Origin: an uncultured Bacilli bacterium
GTDB lineage: Bacteria > Bacillota_I > Bacilli_A > RFN20 > CAG-826
Assembly: GCA_905235515.1 (NCBI GenBank)
Contig: CAJOLV010000003.1
Location: 5,680 to 69,679 of the forward strand
Direction of reading: 5' to 3'
Length of the DNA stretch: 64,000 nt
Numbering within the stretch: position 1 is the stretch's first letter; each line of letters opens with the position of its first letter. Shown here piece after piece: positions 20,584 to 30,182 of the stretch. The notes under the pieces were generated by a model. That model was not told the origin of the DNA and did not search any database. It saw nothing but the letters and a program-made list of their open reading frames with translations. The translations under genes and the position numbers were made by a program.

Positions 20584-21260
20584 TATTTTTCCTCTAATTG
20601 TTCAGTTTTATCTTTGATAATTCTGATAACTTCTGCAACAACTTCATCAATTGTCATATCAGATGTATCTAAACAAATTGCATCTTCTGCCTGTTTTAAT
20701 GGGGCAAAATCACGATGTGAATCGATATAGTCTCTTCTTCTCACATCTTCTTCAATATCTTTCATCGTGCATGGGATACCTTTAGAGATGTTTTCGTCAT
20801 ATCTTCTCTTAGCGCGACATTCAACACTAGCAATTTGATAAATTTTTACTTCTGCGTTTGGTAAAACATATGTGCCAATGTCTCTACCATCCATAATGAC
20901 TGAATCGCTTTCCGCCATTTTACGTTGCAAATCAACTAAGGCCAAACGAATATCTTTATAAGTCGCAATAAAAGAAACATTAAAAGAAACATCAGCTAAG
21001 CGGATTTCTCTTGTGACATCTATGCCATTACATAAAACAACACGATTTGGTTTTAATTCAATATTCACTTCTGGAATTAAAGCGCAGCAAGCAGCTTCAT
21101 CTTCACAATTAACGCCTTTATACATGCAATACCATGTAAAAGCACGATACATTGCACCTGTATCGATATAAACCATACCTAATTGTTCTGCGACTTTTTT
21201 CGCAATTGTTGATTTTCCAGCAGCGGCTGGACCATCAATAGCAACAGCAATTTTCATCAT
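20583..21260 (-). CDS. cmk: Cytidylate kinase
   Basis: 225 aa. IDGPAAAGKSTIAK P-loop and the Cmk motif YIDTGAMYRA. Confidence 0.95.
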   Translation of the reverse strand: MMKIAVAIDGPAAAGKSTIAKKVAEQLGMVYIDTGAMYRAFTWYCMYKGVNCEDEAACCALIPEVNIELKPNRVVLCNGIDVTREIRLADVSFNVSFIATYKDIRLALVDLQRKMAESDSVIMDGRDIGTYVLPNAEVKIYQIASVECRAKRRYDENISKGIPCTMKDIEEDVRRRDYIDSHRDFAPLKQAEDAICLDTSDMTIDEVVAEVIRIIKDKTEQLEEK

Positions 21261-21550
21261 TATTTCCTCCAGGCAAAATAGCCTAATACAACAAGACCTG
21301 CTAAGAGTAAAACAGACACTAAAATTTTCACTACTATAATAGCGATATGCTTTCTTTTGCTTTGTTGTAGAAGGGTTGTTTTAATCTCATCTTCTTTAGC
21401 GGCGCCCATTACATCTTTAATTGGTAAAGTGGTTGTTGTCCCTTTAACATTAATCGTTGTTGTTTGGCCACCTTCATCAGTAGCAATAGAGCCTTCTTTG
21501 ACAAAAGAATTACGATATTCCTTAAAACGTTCAACTCTTGTTTCTTCCAT
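21260..21550 (-). CDS. Small membrane-anchored hypothetical protein (C-terminal TM helix)
   Basis: 96-aa ORF translationally coupled to cmk, with C-terminal hydrophobic helix IAIIVVKILVSVLLLAGLVVLGYF. No recognisable domain. Confidence 0.4.
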   Translation of the reverse strand: MEETRVERFKEYRNSFVKEGSIATDEGGQTTTINVKGTTTTLPIKDVMGAAKEDEIKTTLLQQSKRKHIAIIVVKILVSVLLLAGLVVLGYFAWRK

Positions 21551-21668
21551 ATCTAATTTATTTTAATAGATAATAATCTATTTTAATAGTGCTAAATGTT
21601 TTTTTATTCCTATTGAAAACTATACCCATTTAACTATATACTTTAATTACAAATAGGAGGAAATATCG

Positions 21669-21848
21669 ATGGATAAAAAGAAAATCAGTATCGATAAATC
21701 TGTGTGCATCGGATGTGGCTGCTGTGCAGGTACATATCCAGAAGACGTCCAAATTGGTGATGATGGCTTAGCAGAAGCAATCACTGGTGTCGCTGAAGAA
21801 GGTGCCGCGGCTGTCTGCCCTGTTGGTGCAATTTCCGAAGAGGAATAA
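21669..21848 (+). CDS. fer: Small 4Fe-4S ferredoxin (59 aa), absent from the ORF track
   Basis: Strong RBS AGGAGGAAATATCG-ATG. Translation MDKKKISIDKSVCIGCGCCAGTYPEDVQIGDDGLAEAITGVAEEGAAAVCPVGAISEEE has the CxxCxxC...CP cluster ligands of Bacillus-type Fer. Followed by a strong terminator. Confidence 0.8.
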   Translation: MDKKKISIDKSVCIGCGCCAGTYPEDVQIGDDGLAEAITGVAEEGAAAVCPVGAISEEE

Positions 21849-21856
21849 CTTATATG

Positions 21857-21886
21857 AAAAACTAGGCCACTCGCCTAGTTTTTTTC
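21857..21886. terminator. Bidirectional rho-independent terminator between the convergent fer and ribU genes
   Basis: AAAAA-CTAGGC-cactc-GCCTAG-TTTTTTT: a perfect 6-bp GC-rich stem flanked by an A-run and a T-run. Confidence 0.75.
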
Positions 21887-22567
21887 TTGCCCTAATCTAT
21901 CAATAAATCTGTGCAATCTCTTATATAGTAGCATTGTTATCACAATAACAATTGCGTCTTTTAATGCGTTAAATGGCAAGGCTACAAAAAACATAAATGG
22001 CCATTGTAGATTGGTGATATGAGGATTAATGGCTTGGCACATTCCTAAGATCATACCTTCTGACATACCCATGACAAATATATAAAATTTTAAAATCAAG
22101 AACGTTGTCACAAAACAAGCAACGATTAATTGAGAAATTGTTCCAACTGCTAAACTCACTAAAGCTCCCTTAAAAGTCTTGTGTTTACGATAAATAATTG
22201 CTGCCGGAAAAACAAAAGCAGCGGAATAAATTAAATCAGCTAATTCGCCCACTCCACCAGTGCTTGTCATTGGTAGTTTTGCTAATGTTTTCACGATCAA
22301 AATAAAAACTGCTGACCAAGGTCCATAAGCAAAACCCGCAATAAAGACTGGTATTTCATCAATGTGGATTTTTAAGAAAGCTGGGAAAATAGGTAGAGCA
22401 ATATTGAAATAAGGAACAATATAAAGAATGATAGAAATCGCTGCAAAAACAGCACTTCTAGTGATGAATTTCGTGGAAATAAAGTGCTTTTTGCCAGTGT
22501 TTTTGGCAAATAACCAGATAAACACCATTGCCATCACCGCGATAGAAATTATTCCTCTATAGTCCAT
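21875..22567 (-). CDS. ribU: ECF-transporter substrate-specific (S) component, probably the riboflavin transporter RibU (YpaA-like)
   Basis: About 230-aa six-TM protein (ECF S-component-like). Sits directly downstream of an FMN riboswitch, as ypaA/ribU does in Bacillus. The ORF-track start (22594) would read through the riboswitch terminator hairpin, so the ATG at 22567 (MDYRG...) is preferred. The start remains uncertain because there is no clear SD. Confidence 0.7.
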   Translation of the reverse strand: MDYRGIISIAVMAMVFIWLFAKNTGKKHFISTKFITRSAVFAAISIILYIVPYFNIALPIFPAFLKIHIDEIPVFIAGFAYGPWSAVFILIVKTLAKLPMTSTGGVGELADLIYSAAFVFPAAIIYRKHKTFKGALVSLAVGTISQLIVACFVTTFLILKFYIFVMGMSEGMILGMCQAINPHITNLQWPFMFFVALPFNALKDAIVIVITMLLYKRLHRFIDRLGQEKN

Positions 22568-22569
22568 AA

Positions 22570-22712
22570 AAATAAAAGCCCTTTCCCAGGGCATAAAACA
22601 TTTTAACTTCTTTCATCCAGACTATACTGTCGCCACTTGAATTTCACAAGTTCCTGCTCTACCGAGCTCGCGGGGTTTACCGCCGGTCACGATTTACGTT
22701 GCCCTGAAGTTA
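22570..22712 (-). promoter_or_regulatory. FMN riboswitch (RFN element) with terminator-type expression platform
   Basis: The minus strand reads CUUCAGGGCAACG...GACCGGCGGUAAACCCCGCGAGC...GGCGACAGUAUAGUCUGGAUGAAAGAAG. This matches the RFN consensus GGGCAGGGUGAAAUUCCCGACCGGCGGUA...AGCCCG...GACAGUGAAAGUCUGGAUGGGAGAAGG. It is followed by the hairpin GCCCUGGGAAAGGGC + UUUUAUUUUU immediately before the ribU ATG. Confidence 0.85.
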
Positions 22713-22755
22713 TATACATTATAGAATTATTTTCACATAGTTCCATATTTATTTA

Positions 22756-23457
22756 TTACAAAGGTAATTTTTTAATATCTTTATAATCTCTTGGATATTT
22801 TTTATTGGTCTCCTTGTCTTTTACTATGTAAACAATATTTCTTGTCTCGGAAGATTCTGGTAGTTCGTCAACGATAATTTTATTAACTCGACAATTCAAT
22901 TTCTTTAATGCATTTTGTGATTGAACAATTTCTTCTTCTGCTCCGGGACCTTTTAATGCGATAAAAGTACCGCCTACTTTTAATAGAGGCAGACATAATT
23001 CTAAAAGAATGTTCAATGGAGCGACTGCTCTGGCAAAAACATAATCATATTGTTCACGATTGTTTCGTGCATAATCTTCTGCACGAGCTACCACAGTGTG
23101 ATAACCAAAATCATTATCATAAGCATAATTCTTTAAAAGATTAATCTTTTTAGCGGTTGAATCTAATAGTGTAATATTGGCTTTTTTATTTAACAAATAT
23201 AAAACTACGCCTGGAAATCCGGCGCCAGTACCCACATCCAAAACTTTTTTATTAGATAAATCTAAATCTGTTAAACCAATCGCACTGTCAAAGATCATTT
23301 TTTCTAAAAAGGTGTCTTCATCTTTAATAGCGGTGAGATTAAATTTTTCATTCCAAGCTAAAACATGCCTCATGAATTTTATTAATTCATCAGCGGTTTC
23401 TTCATTACACGAAATATCTCTTTTTGTTAATTCTTTAATCAACAATTCTTTATTCAT
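22756..23457 (-). CDS. rsmG: 16S rRNA (guanine527-N7)-methyltransferase
   Basis: 233 aa. SAM-binding motif VLDVGTGAGFPGVVL. Translationally coupled downstream of mnmG. Confidence 0.93.
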   Translation of the reverse strand: MNKELLIKELTKRDISCNEETADELIKFMRHVLAWNEKFNLTAIKDEDTFLEKMIFDSAIGLTDLDLSNKKVLDVGTGAGFPGVVLYLLNKKANITLLDSTAKKINLLKNYAYDNDFGYHTVVARAEDYARNNREQYDYVFARAVAPLNILLELCLPLLKVGGTFIALKGPGAEEEIVQSQNALKKLNCRVNKIIVDELPESSETRNIVYIVKDKETNKKYPRDYKDIKKLPL

Positions 23458-25327
23458 GATTCATCACTCTTCTCACATTTAAGATAAGGACAGAAATATC
23501 ACTTGGATTAACTCCAGAAACACGAGATGCTTGACCGATAGTGAGAGGTCTAATCTTATCTAATTTTTGTCTAGCCTCCAAGGCTAAACCATCCATATTA
23601 AGATAATCTAAACCTTCTGGGATTTTCATCTCTTCAATCTTTCTCATGTTCTCTGCTTCATGGATTTGTTTAACAATATATCCTTCATATTTCGCAATAA
23701 TTTCAATTTCCTCAATTGTTTGTTTATCATATGAAATTTCCTGTAATTCAGGGATAAATTCCTTAATTTTTGCAAATTTTACGTTTGGACGTTTTAATAA
23801 TTCAAAGGCTTGAACACCACCTTTTAATTCGTTAAAGCCAAGAGACATTAAATACTCTTCTACTTCTTTTTTCTTGCCTAGCCAGGTCGCTTTTAATGTT
23901 TCTACAGCTTGATTTATTTTATTTTTCTTATCAATGAATTTGGCATATCTTTCTTCGTTAATTAAACCAATTTCATGACCTAATTCAGTAAGTCTTAAAT
24001 CTGCATTATCATGTCTCATTAGTAAGCGGAATTCCGCTCTTGAAGACATTAAACGATATGGTTCTTCGGTACCTTTTGTGACTAAATCATCAATCATCAC
24101 GCCAATATAGGATTGATCTCTTCTTAGAATAATCGGTTCTTTCCCTTCAATTTTTAAAGATGCATTTATGCCTGCGATTAATCCTAAACCCGCTGCTTCT
24201 TCATAGCCAGAGGTGCCACAAATTTGACCACCGATATATAATCCTGGCCATTTCTTTATTTCTAAAGAAGGACCATATTCTTCAGTTCTGATTGCGTCAT
24301 ATTCAATTGCATAAGCATATTTTAAGAATTCTGCTTTATCAAAACCTGGTAAAGATCTCACCATTTCCTCTTGGACTTCTACTGGCATAGAAGTAGAAAA
24401 ACCTTGTAAATAGATAGAATCGGTATAACGAGATTCTGGTTCTAAAAATAATTGATGTCTTTCTTTATCGGCAAAATTAACAATTTTACTTTCAATAGAT
24501 GGGCAATATCTTGGTCCAACACCCACTACTAAACCATTATTAATAGCCGCTTCATCTAAATGAGCACGAATAATATCATGAGTTTCTGGAGTGGTGTGAA
24601 TTAAATAACAAGGAATTTGTTCTTCTACTGGAATAAACTCTGTTGTTTCGTAGGAAAATGCTAGCTCTCCACGAGTGCCAGGTTCCAAAGAACCTTTTGA
24701 GAAATCAATCGTATCTTTTTTGATTCTTGGAGGAGTACCTGTTTTTAATCTATATGTTTTAATTCCCATACTTCTAAGATATGGGGATAAACCTTTAGAA
24801 GGAGCTTCTCCATCTGGCCCTTCTTCTAACACTGTCTTACCACGGAAAATTTTACTTTCCATATATGTACCAGTAGTTAAAATAACGGCTTTCGATTTAA
24901 TTTCTTCCCCTTTATTAGTGATTACTCCAAAGACTTTTTTATCATCATGAAGGAGAGACACCACCATTGCTTCTTCAATGTGAAGATGCTCTGTGTTAAA
25001 GGCAACTTCTTTAATATAAGCTGGGTATTCAATCTTGTCTTGTTGGCACCTTAAACATTGAACACCTGGGCCTTTACCAGTGTTTAGCATTTTCATTTGT
25101 AAATAATGATGGTCTGCAAACTTACCTTGCATACCACCTAAAGCATCAATTTCACGGACAACAATACCTTTCGCGGATCCTCCAATAGATGGATTACAAG
25201 GCATATTACCCATTAAGTTTACATTTAACGTAATAAGGAGGGTTTCATGCCCTTTATGAGCACTAGCAAAAGCGGCCTCTAAACCGGCATGACCTGCACC
25301 CACAACAATAATGTCAAATTCTCTCAT
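23450..25327 (-). CDS. mnmG: tRNA uridine 5-carboxymethylaminomethyl modification enzyme MnmG (GidA)
   Basis: 625 aa. N-terminal FAD motif DIIVVGAGHAGLEAA and a full-length GidA-family match. Confidence 0.97.
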   Translation of the reverse strand: MREFDIIVVGAGHAGLEAAFASAHKGHETLLITLNVNLMGNMPCNPSIGGSAKGIVVREIDALGGMQGKFADHHYLQMKMLNTGKGPGVQCLRCQQDKIEYPAYIKEVAFNTEHLHIEEAMVVSLLHDDKKVFGVITNKGEEIKSKAVILTTGTYMESKIFRGKTVLEEGPDGEAPSKGLSPYLRSMGIKTYRLKTGTPPRIKKDTIDFSKGSLEPGTRGELAFSYETTEFIPVEEQIPCYLIHTTPETHDIIRAHLDEAAINNGLVVGVGPRYCPSIESKIVNFADKERHQLFLEPESRYTDSIYLQGFSTSMPVEVQEEMVRSLPGFDKAEFLKYAYAIEYDAIRTEEYGPSLEIKKWPGLYIGGQICGTSGYEEAAGLGLIAGINASLKIEGKEPIILRRDQSYIGVMIDDLVTKGTEEPYRLMSSRAEFRLLMRHDNADLRLTELGHEIGLINEERYAKFIDKKNKINQAVETLKATWLGKKKEVEEYLMSLGFNELKGGVQAFELLKRPNVKFAKIKEFIPELQEISYDKQTIEEIEIIAKYEGYIVKQIHEAENMRKIEEMKIPEGLDYLNMDGLALEARQKLDKIRPLTIGQASRVSGVNPSDISVLILNVRRVMNHE

Positions 25328-26727
25328 TATCCGACACTACCTTCCATATCCATTTTAATCAATTGATTCAATTCAACAGCGTATTCCATAGGAAGTTCTC
25401 TAGAGAATGGTTCAATAAAGCCCATAATAATCATTTGAGTAGCGTCTTTTTCACTAATTCCCCTACTCATTAAATAGAATAATTGTTCTTCACTAATCTT
25501 ACTGACTGTTGCCTCGTGTTCAATATATGAAGTGTTGTTATGAACCTCATTATTTGGAATAGTATCACTACGCGATATGTTATCCAAAATTAATGTGTCA
25601 CATTCCACATGACTACGACAATTATTAGCTCCTAGTTTATGTCTTACTGTGCCTCTATAATTAGCGACACCACCATTTTTTACAATAGATTTAGAAATAA
25701 TTGTGGAAGTTGTATTGTTTGCTTCATGAATCATTCTTGCACCAGCGTCTTGATATTGGTTTTTACCTGCGACTGCAATAGAGATACATGTCCCTTTTGC
25801 TCCTTCACCTTTTAAGATACAGGCTGGATATTTCATATTGGTTTGACTACCAACATTACCATCAATCCATTCCATAGAGGCGTTTTCATAGCAAACCGCT
25901 CTCTTGGTGACTAAATTGACAATATTTGTCGACCAGTTTTGCACTGTTGAATAACGACATCTTCCACCTTTTAAAACTATAATTTCCACCACCGCAGCGT
26001 GTAATGATTCTTTGCTATAAGTAGGAGCGGTACAACCCTCTACATAGTGAACGTCTGCGCCTTCATCAACGATGATTAAAGTGCGTTCAAATTGACCAGA
26101 TTTTTCATTGTTAATTCTAAAATAACTCTGCAAAGGTTTATCCAAATGCACGTTTTTTGGAACATAAATAAAACTTCCGCCTGACCAAACCGCACCATTT
26201 AAAGCAGAGAATTTGTTGTCTGCAACAGGAACCACTGTCCCAAAATATTTCTTAAATAAGTCAGGGTATAATTTGAGTCCCATATCAGTGGATAAGAAGA
26301 TTACACCTTTCTCCTCAATTTCTTTTAACATATTGTGATAAACCACTTCTGATTCATATTGAGTAGAAACACCCGCTAAATATTTTTGTTCGGCTTCTGG
26401 AATACCTAATTTATTAAATGTATTTTTTACTGTTTCAGGAACTTCATCCCAGTTTTGAGATTCTTTATTCGCAGTTCTTGTGAAATATGTATAGGAATCA
26501 TAATCTAAGAAAGATAAATCTGGTCCAAATTTTGGTAAAGGCATGGCCTTAAAAGATTTGAGAGCATTTAATCTGAACTCAAGCATCCATTCAGGTTCGT
26601 CTTTAAGACGAGAGATTTCTTTTACCACTTCTTCGCTAAGACCAACTTTGGTTTTAACAATGGAGACATCCTCATCTTTAAACCCATATTTATAATCTTC
26701 TTGGAATTTGATATCGTCTTTGGGCAT
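25327..26727 (-). CDS. sufB: Fe-S cluster assembly protein SufB
   Basis: 466 aa. Typical SufB/UPF0051 sequence (beta-helix core; ...[10 protein letters not shown]...). Confidence 0.95.
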   Translation of the reverse strand: MPKDDIKFQEDYKYGFKDEDVSIVKTKVGLSEEVVKEISRLKDEPEWMLEFRLNALKSFKAMPLPKFGPDLSFLDYDSYTYFTRTANKESQNWDEVPETVKNTFNKLGIPEAEQKYLAGVSTQYESEVVYHNMLKEIEEKGVIFLSTDMGLKLYPDLFKKYFGTVVPVADNKFSALNGAVWSGGSFIYVPKNVHLDKPLQSYFRINNEKSGQFERTLIIVDEGADVHYVEGCTAPTYSKESLHAAVVEIIVLKGGRCRYSTVQNWSTNIVNLVTKRAVCYENASMEWIDGNVGSQTNMKYPACILKGEGAKGTCISIAVAGKNQYQDAGARMIHEANNTTSTIISKSIVKNGGVANYRGTVRHKLGANNCRSHVECDTLILDNISRSDTIPNNEVHNNTSYIEHEATVSKISEEQLFYLMSRGISEKDATQMIIMGFIEPFSRELPMEYAVELNQLIKMDMEGSVG

Positions 26728-26728
26728 A

Positions 26729-27175
26729 TTATTTTCCTTGTAAAATGTTTTCAGCAGCGGTCCAACCTATGGTTGCGCATCTAATTCTCGCTGCTTGTTT
26801 TGATGTATTAATAAAGGCGACCGCCTCATCTAAAACATCTTCATCAAATGGCTCTTCATGAATCATTTTGTTATATTGTTCAATTGCGTATAAAGCATCT
26901 TTAATAGTTTTACCAACAACAACTTCACACATAATATCTGTGGAAGCAGTTGATATCGCGCAGGCAACGCCTTCAAAACACGCTGATTTAACTAAGTCAT
27001 TTTCTACTTTTAAATAAATATTTAAATCATCTATGCAATTATCAGAGTGCATATGAACCATTTGGTAGCCATCGCCCTCAGGCGCATGTTTATTAATTGG
27101 ATGAGAATAATGATCTAAAATGATGGAACGCATCATATCATTAGTTAAAGTAGGCATCGAGAATGTCACCTCCAT
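26729..27175 (-). CDS. sufU: Fe-S cluster assembly sulfur-acceptor SufU (IscU/NifU-like)
   Basis: 148 aa. HYSHPINKH...[16 protein letters not shown] with the three conserved cysteines and the Gram-positive SufU insertion. The annotated start overlaps sufS; the true start is probably a few codons downstream. Confidence 0.85.
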   Translation of the reverse strand: MEVTFSMPTLTNDMMRSIILDHYSHPINKHAPEGDGYQMVHMHSDNCIDDLNIYLKVENDLVKSACFEGVACAISTASTDIMCEVVVGKTIKDALYAIEQYNKMIHEEPFDEDVLDEAVAFINTSKQAARIRCATIGWTAAENILQGK

Positions 27176-28373
27176 TAATTAAGTTTTCCACTAAATAATC
27201 GATTTCTTCTTTAGTGGTATATAAATAGAAAGACGCACGACAAGTCGCAGGTGTCTTTAAATAGCAATTTAATAATTTATCGCAATGTTGACCACTTCTA
27301 ATTGCGATACCTTTATAGTTCAAGTAAGTGGATTCATCTTGTGAAAATCTATCTTTTACATTAAATGTAACGATACCATTTCTTGCTTTTGGGTTATAGA
27401 TAACAACATTTTCTACACCTTTCAATTTATCCATCGCGTATTTTTTCAGTTCTAATTCATATTTATGGATATTATCCATACCGATAGACATTAAGAATTC
27501 AAGAGCGGCTTTTAAACCAAAAATACCAGAGATATTTTGTGTTCCACCTTCAAATTTAGCAGGGGCATCAAAAGTCACAACATTATTTGGCTTTGTAAAT
27601 GTTTCATTCATTCCTCCACCTAAAATAAATGGATCCATGTTTTGTAATAATTCTTTTTTACCAATTAAACAACCGATACCTGTTGGACCACACATTTTGT
27701 GAGCGGAGAACGCTAAGAAATCGATATCCCAATCTTTAAAATCAGTTTTCATGTGTGGCACAGATTGAGCACCATCAACAATAAATATCGCGCCAACTTC
27801 ATGGCATAACTTAGCAATTGCTTTGACATCTAAGTCATAGCCCATCACATTACCAACATGAGCTAAAGAAACAACTTTGACAGTTTTATCCAAAACTTTT
27901 TTAAGATTTTCAATAGTGACACATCCATCTTCATCTAATGGAATATATCTCATTTCTGCCCCTGTCATTTGTGACACTCTAAACCATGGTAGTAAGTTAG
28001 AAGCATGTTCACCTTCACTAGTTAATATAACATCACCTTTAGTGAGATATTTTAAACCATAGCCAAAAGCTACAGTATTTAATGCCATAGTGTCACCGCT
28101 AGTGAAAACCACTTCATCAATATCACAATTAACAAATTTAGATACAAGTTTTCTCGTATCTCTAACTCTTTTATCAACGAGATACATCAAATCATAATCA
28201 CCACGATGTGAATTAGCAGTACATTCAGTGTAATATTCATTCATCGCATCAATAACACATTGGGGTTTAAAAGTCGTAGAAGCGTTATCTAAATAGACAA
28301 GTTTATGACCTTGCATCTTCTTATTTTCATCTAACATTGGGAATTGTTTACGTATTTCTTTAACATCGTACAT
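27141..28373 (-). CDS. sufS: Cysteine desulfurase SufS (class V aminotransferase)
   Basis: PLP-lysine region SAHKMCGPTGIG. The ORF-track start at 28391 is a TTG; the ATG at 28373 (MYDVKEIRKQFP) has a GAGGAG RBS. Confidence 0.93.
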   Translation of the reverse strand: MYDVKEIRKQFPMLDENKKMQGHKLVYLDNASTTFKPQCVIDAMNEYYTECTANSHRGDYDLMYLVDKRVRDTRKLVSKFVNCDIDEVVFTSGDTMALNTVAFGYGLKYLTKGDVILTSEGEHASNLLPWFRVSQMTGAEMRYIPLDEDGCVTIENLKKVLDKTVKVVSLAHVGNVMGYDLDVKAIAKLCHEVGAIFIVDGAQSVPHMKTDFKDWDIDFLAFSAHKMCGPTGIGCLIGKKELLQNMDPFILGGGMNETFTKPNNVVTFDAPAKFEGGTQNISGIFGLKAALEFLMSIGMDNIHKYELELKKYAMDKLKGVENVVIYNPKARNGIVTFNVKDRFSQDESTYLNYKGIAIRSGQHCDKLLNCYLKTPATCRASFYLYTTKEEIDYLVENLINGGDILDAYFN

Positions 28374-28374
28374 A

Positions 28375-29169
28375 TTACATTCTCCTCTCAATCAAAGAAG
28401 AGATTTCCCCTTTAATATCTTCTTCAATAAAACCATTCATAATTGGCTTTAAATAACCAAAAGTAATAAGCTGTTTTGCCTCAGATTCAGTTAACCCACG
28501 AGAAGTTAAATAGAACAAATGCTCATCATTAATTTTACCGACCACAGCAGCGTGACTTGCTTCAATATCATTTTCATCGATTTTTAAGATTGGTTTAGCA
28601 ATTCCATTAGATAAAGAATCAAAAACCATTATCTTAGAATTTTGATGGGTTTTGCTACTCCTGGAACCGTTGTATATTGCGCTGAGGCCAGAAAAAACCA
28701 ATTTGCCATTATCTTTACAGACACCATAATTATCCATTCTGGCGTAAGTTCTAGGTGCGATATGGTTCACAGAAATATCAAATGTCTTGTTATCATTAGA
28801 TGCCGCTAAAGATGATAGGTGCCAGTTTAAAGTAGAATCACTTTCTAATAAGTTACCAACAAAGGAAAAACGCAATTTTTTACTGGAAAAGTCCGCAAAA
28901 AAGGTCTCAATTTTTGAATTTCCTTTAACATTAATAGTAATCTTATATTCTGCTGGAATATCTTTTGCTAAGAAAGAAATAGTTAATATAGAATCCTTCT
29001 CAACATCGATAGTGATATTAGGATTAATTGGTAAAACCGGAAACAAAATATCAGCGTTTAACCCTACTGGTAATTTAATAGAGCCAACGCCTTGATCAAC
29101 AACAAAATATTGCTTATCCGAAGCAACGTTTTTAATTTCTAATTGTTGATTGAGCAAGACTCTTTCCAT
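28375..29169 (-). CDS. sufD: Fe-S cluster assembly protein SufD (short form)
   Basis: 264 aa, related to the SufB/SufD beta-helix family and positioned between sufC and sufS. Shorter than proteobacterial SufD (about 430 aa). Confidence 0.8.
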   Translation of the reverse strand: MERVLLNQQLEIKNVASDKQYFVVDQGVGSIKLPVGLNADILFPVLPINPNITIDVEKDSILTISFLAKDIPAEYKITINVKGNSKIETFFADFSSKKLRFSFVGNLLESDSTLNWHLSSLAASNDNKTFDISVNHIAPRTYARMDNYGVCKDNGKLVFSGLSAIYNGSRSSKTHQNSKIMVFDSLSNGIAKPILKIDENDIEASHAAVVGKINDEHLFYLTSRGLTESEAKQLITFGYLKPIMNGFIEEDIKGEISSLIERRM

Positions 29170-29175
29170 ATATCC

Positions 29176-29994
29176 TTATTTAATTATTTCTTTGACAGCG
29201 CATGTGCCAATAGAAACAGTGTTCATTTTTTGCTCTTCTTTTTCAATTTCAATCCCGAGTTCAGTCTTGATAAATTCATAACCTTCTTTATCAATTCTTT
29301 GGATTGTTTCTGGACCGCTATCAATGACGATTCTTCCATTAATCATAACAACCGCTCTAGTTGGATGAATTAAATCATATAATCTAGCGTAATGGGAGAT
29401 GACAAAAAAGCCCATTCCTTTTTCTTGTTGTTCTTTAATGACATCAGCAACGATTTGAATTGCATCAACATCTAGACCAGAATCAATCTCGTCTAGCATC
29501 GCAATTGTTGGTTGTAATAATACGAGTTGGAGAATTTCATTTCTCTTTTTTTCGCCACCAGAAAATCCCTCATTTAAGGATCTAGTTGCGAGATCAAACG
29601 GCATTTTAACATCTTTTGTGGCTTTGTCTAAAAGTTTATAGAAATTATATGTAGAAATAGGTCTTTCAGCTCTTGCGTTTAATGCTGCTCTTAAAAAGTC
29701 AGAATTAATAACACCAGGAACTTCTGATGGATTTTGCATTGCGAGGAATAAACCTAATCTCGCTCTTTCATCGGTTGTTTTTGACAACACATCAACATCA
29801 TCAAAATAGATGCTACCCTGAGTAACAAGATATTTCGGATGACCCATGATGACGTTTAACAATGTGGACTTGCCGTGTCCATTAGGACCAAGCAACGCAA
29901 TTGTTTCATTACTGTTTACAGTAAGGTTAACGCCTTTAAGGATTTCTTTCCCTTCCACTTCGACGTGGAGATCTTTAATTATTAGATTCGCCAT
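29176..29994 (-). CDS. sufC: Fe-S cluster assembly ATPase SufC
   Basis: 272 aa. Walker A GPNGHGKST, ABC signature FSGGEKKRNEILQL and Walker B MLDEIDSGLD. Confidence 0.95.
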   Translation of the reverse strand: MANLIIKDLHVEVEGKEILKGVNLTVNSNETIALLGPNGHGKSTLLNVIMGHPKYLVTQGSIYFDDVDVLSKTTDERARLGLFLAMQNPSEVPGVINSDFLRAALNARAERPISTYNFYKLLDKATKDVKMPFDLATRSLNEGFSGGEKKRNEILQLVLLQPTIAMLDEIDSGLDVDAIQIVADVIKEQQEKGMGFFVISHYARLYDLIHPTRAVVMINGRIVIDSGPETIQRIDKEGYEFIKTELGIEIEKEEQKMNTVSIGTCAVKEIIK

Positions 29995-30182
29995 AATGAT
30001 CTTTTTTCTCCAAAAACCGAAATAAATTGTATATGTTGACGATTAAATTAGCAATTAAAGTGATAAAGAATATTTCCTCACCATTCTTTCCCTATTTATA
30101 TAAAAATAGGTAAAATTGCTTGCATTATTTTTTAATAATAATTAAGATTAAAACGCTATGTATCAGAAAAGGAGAACAAAAA

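Noticed and set aside
22568-22594. N-terminal extension of the ribU ORF (MPWERAFIF...)
   Set aside because: The extension spans the riboswitch terminator hairpin and U-tract and has no SD. The ATG at 22567 is more plausible.
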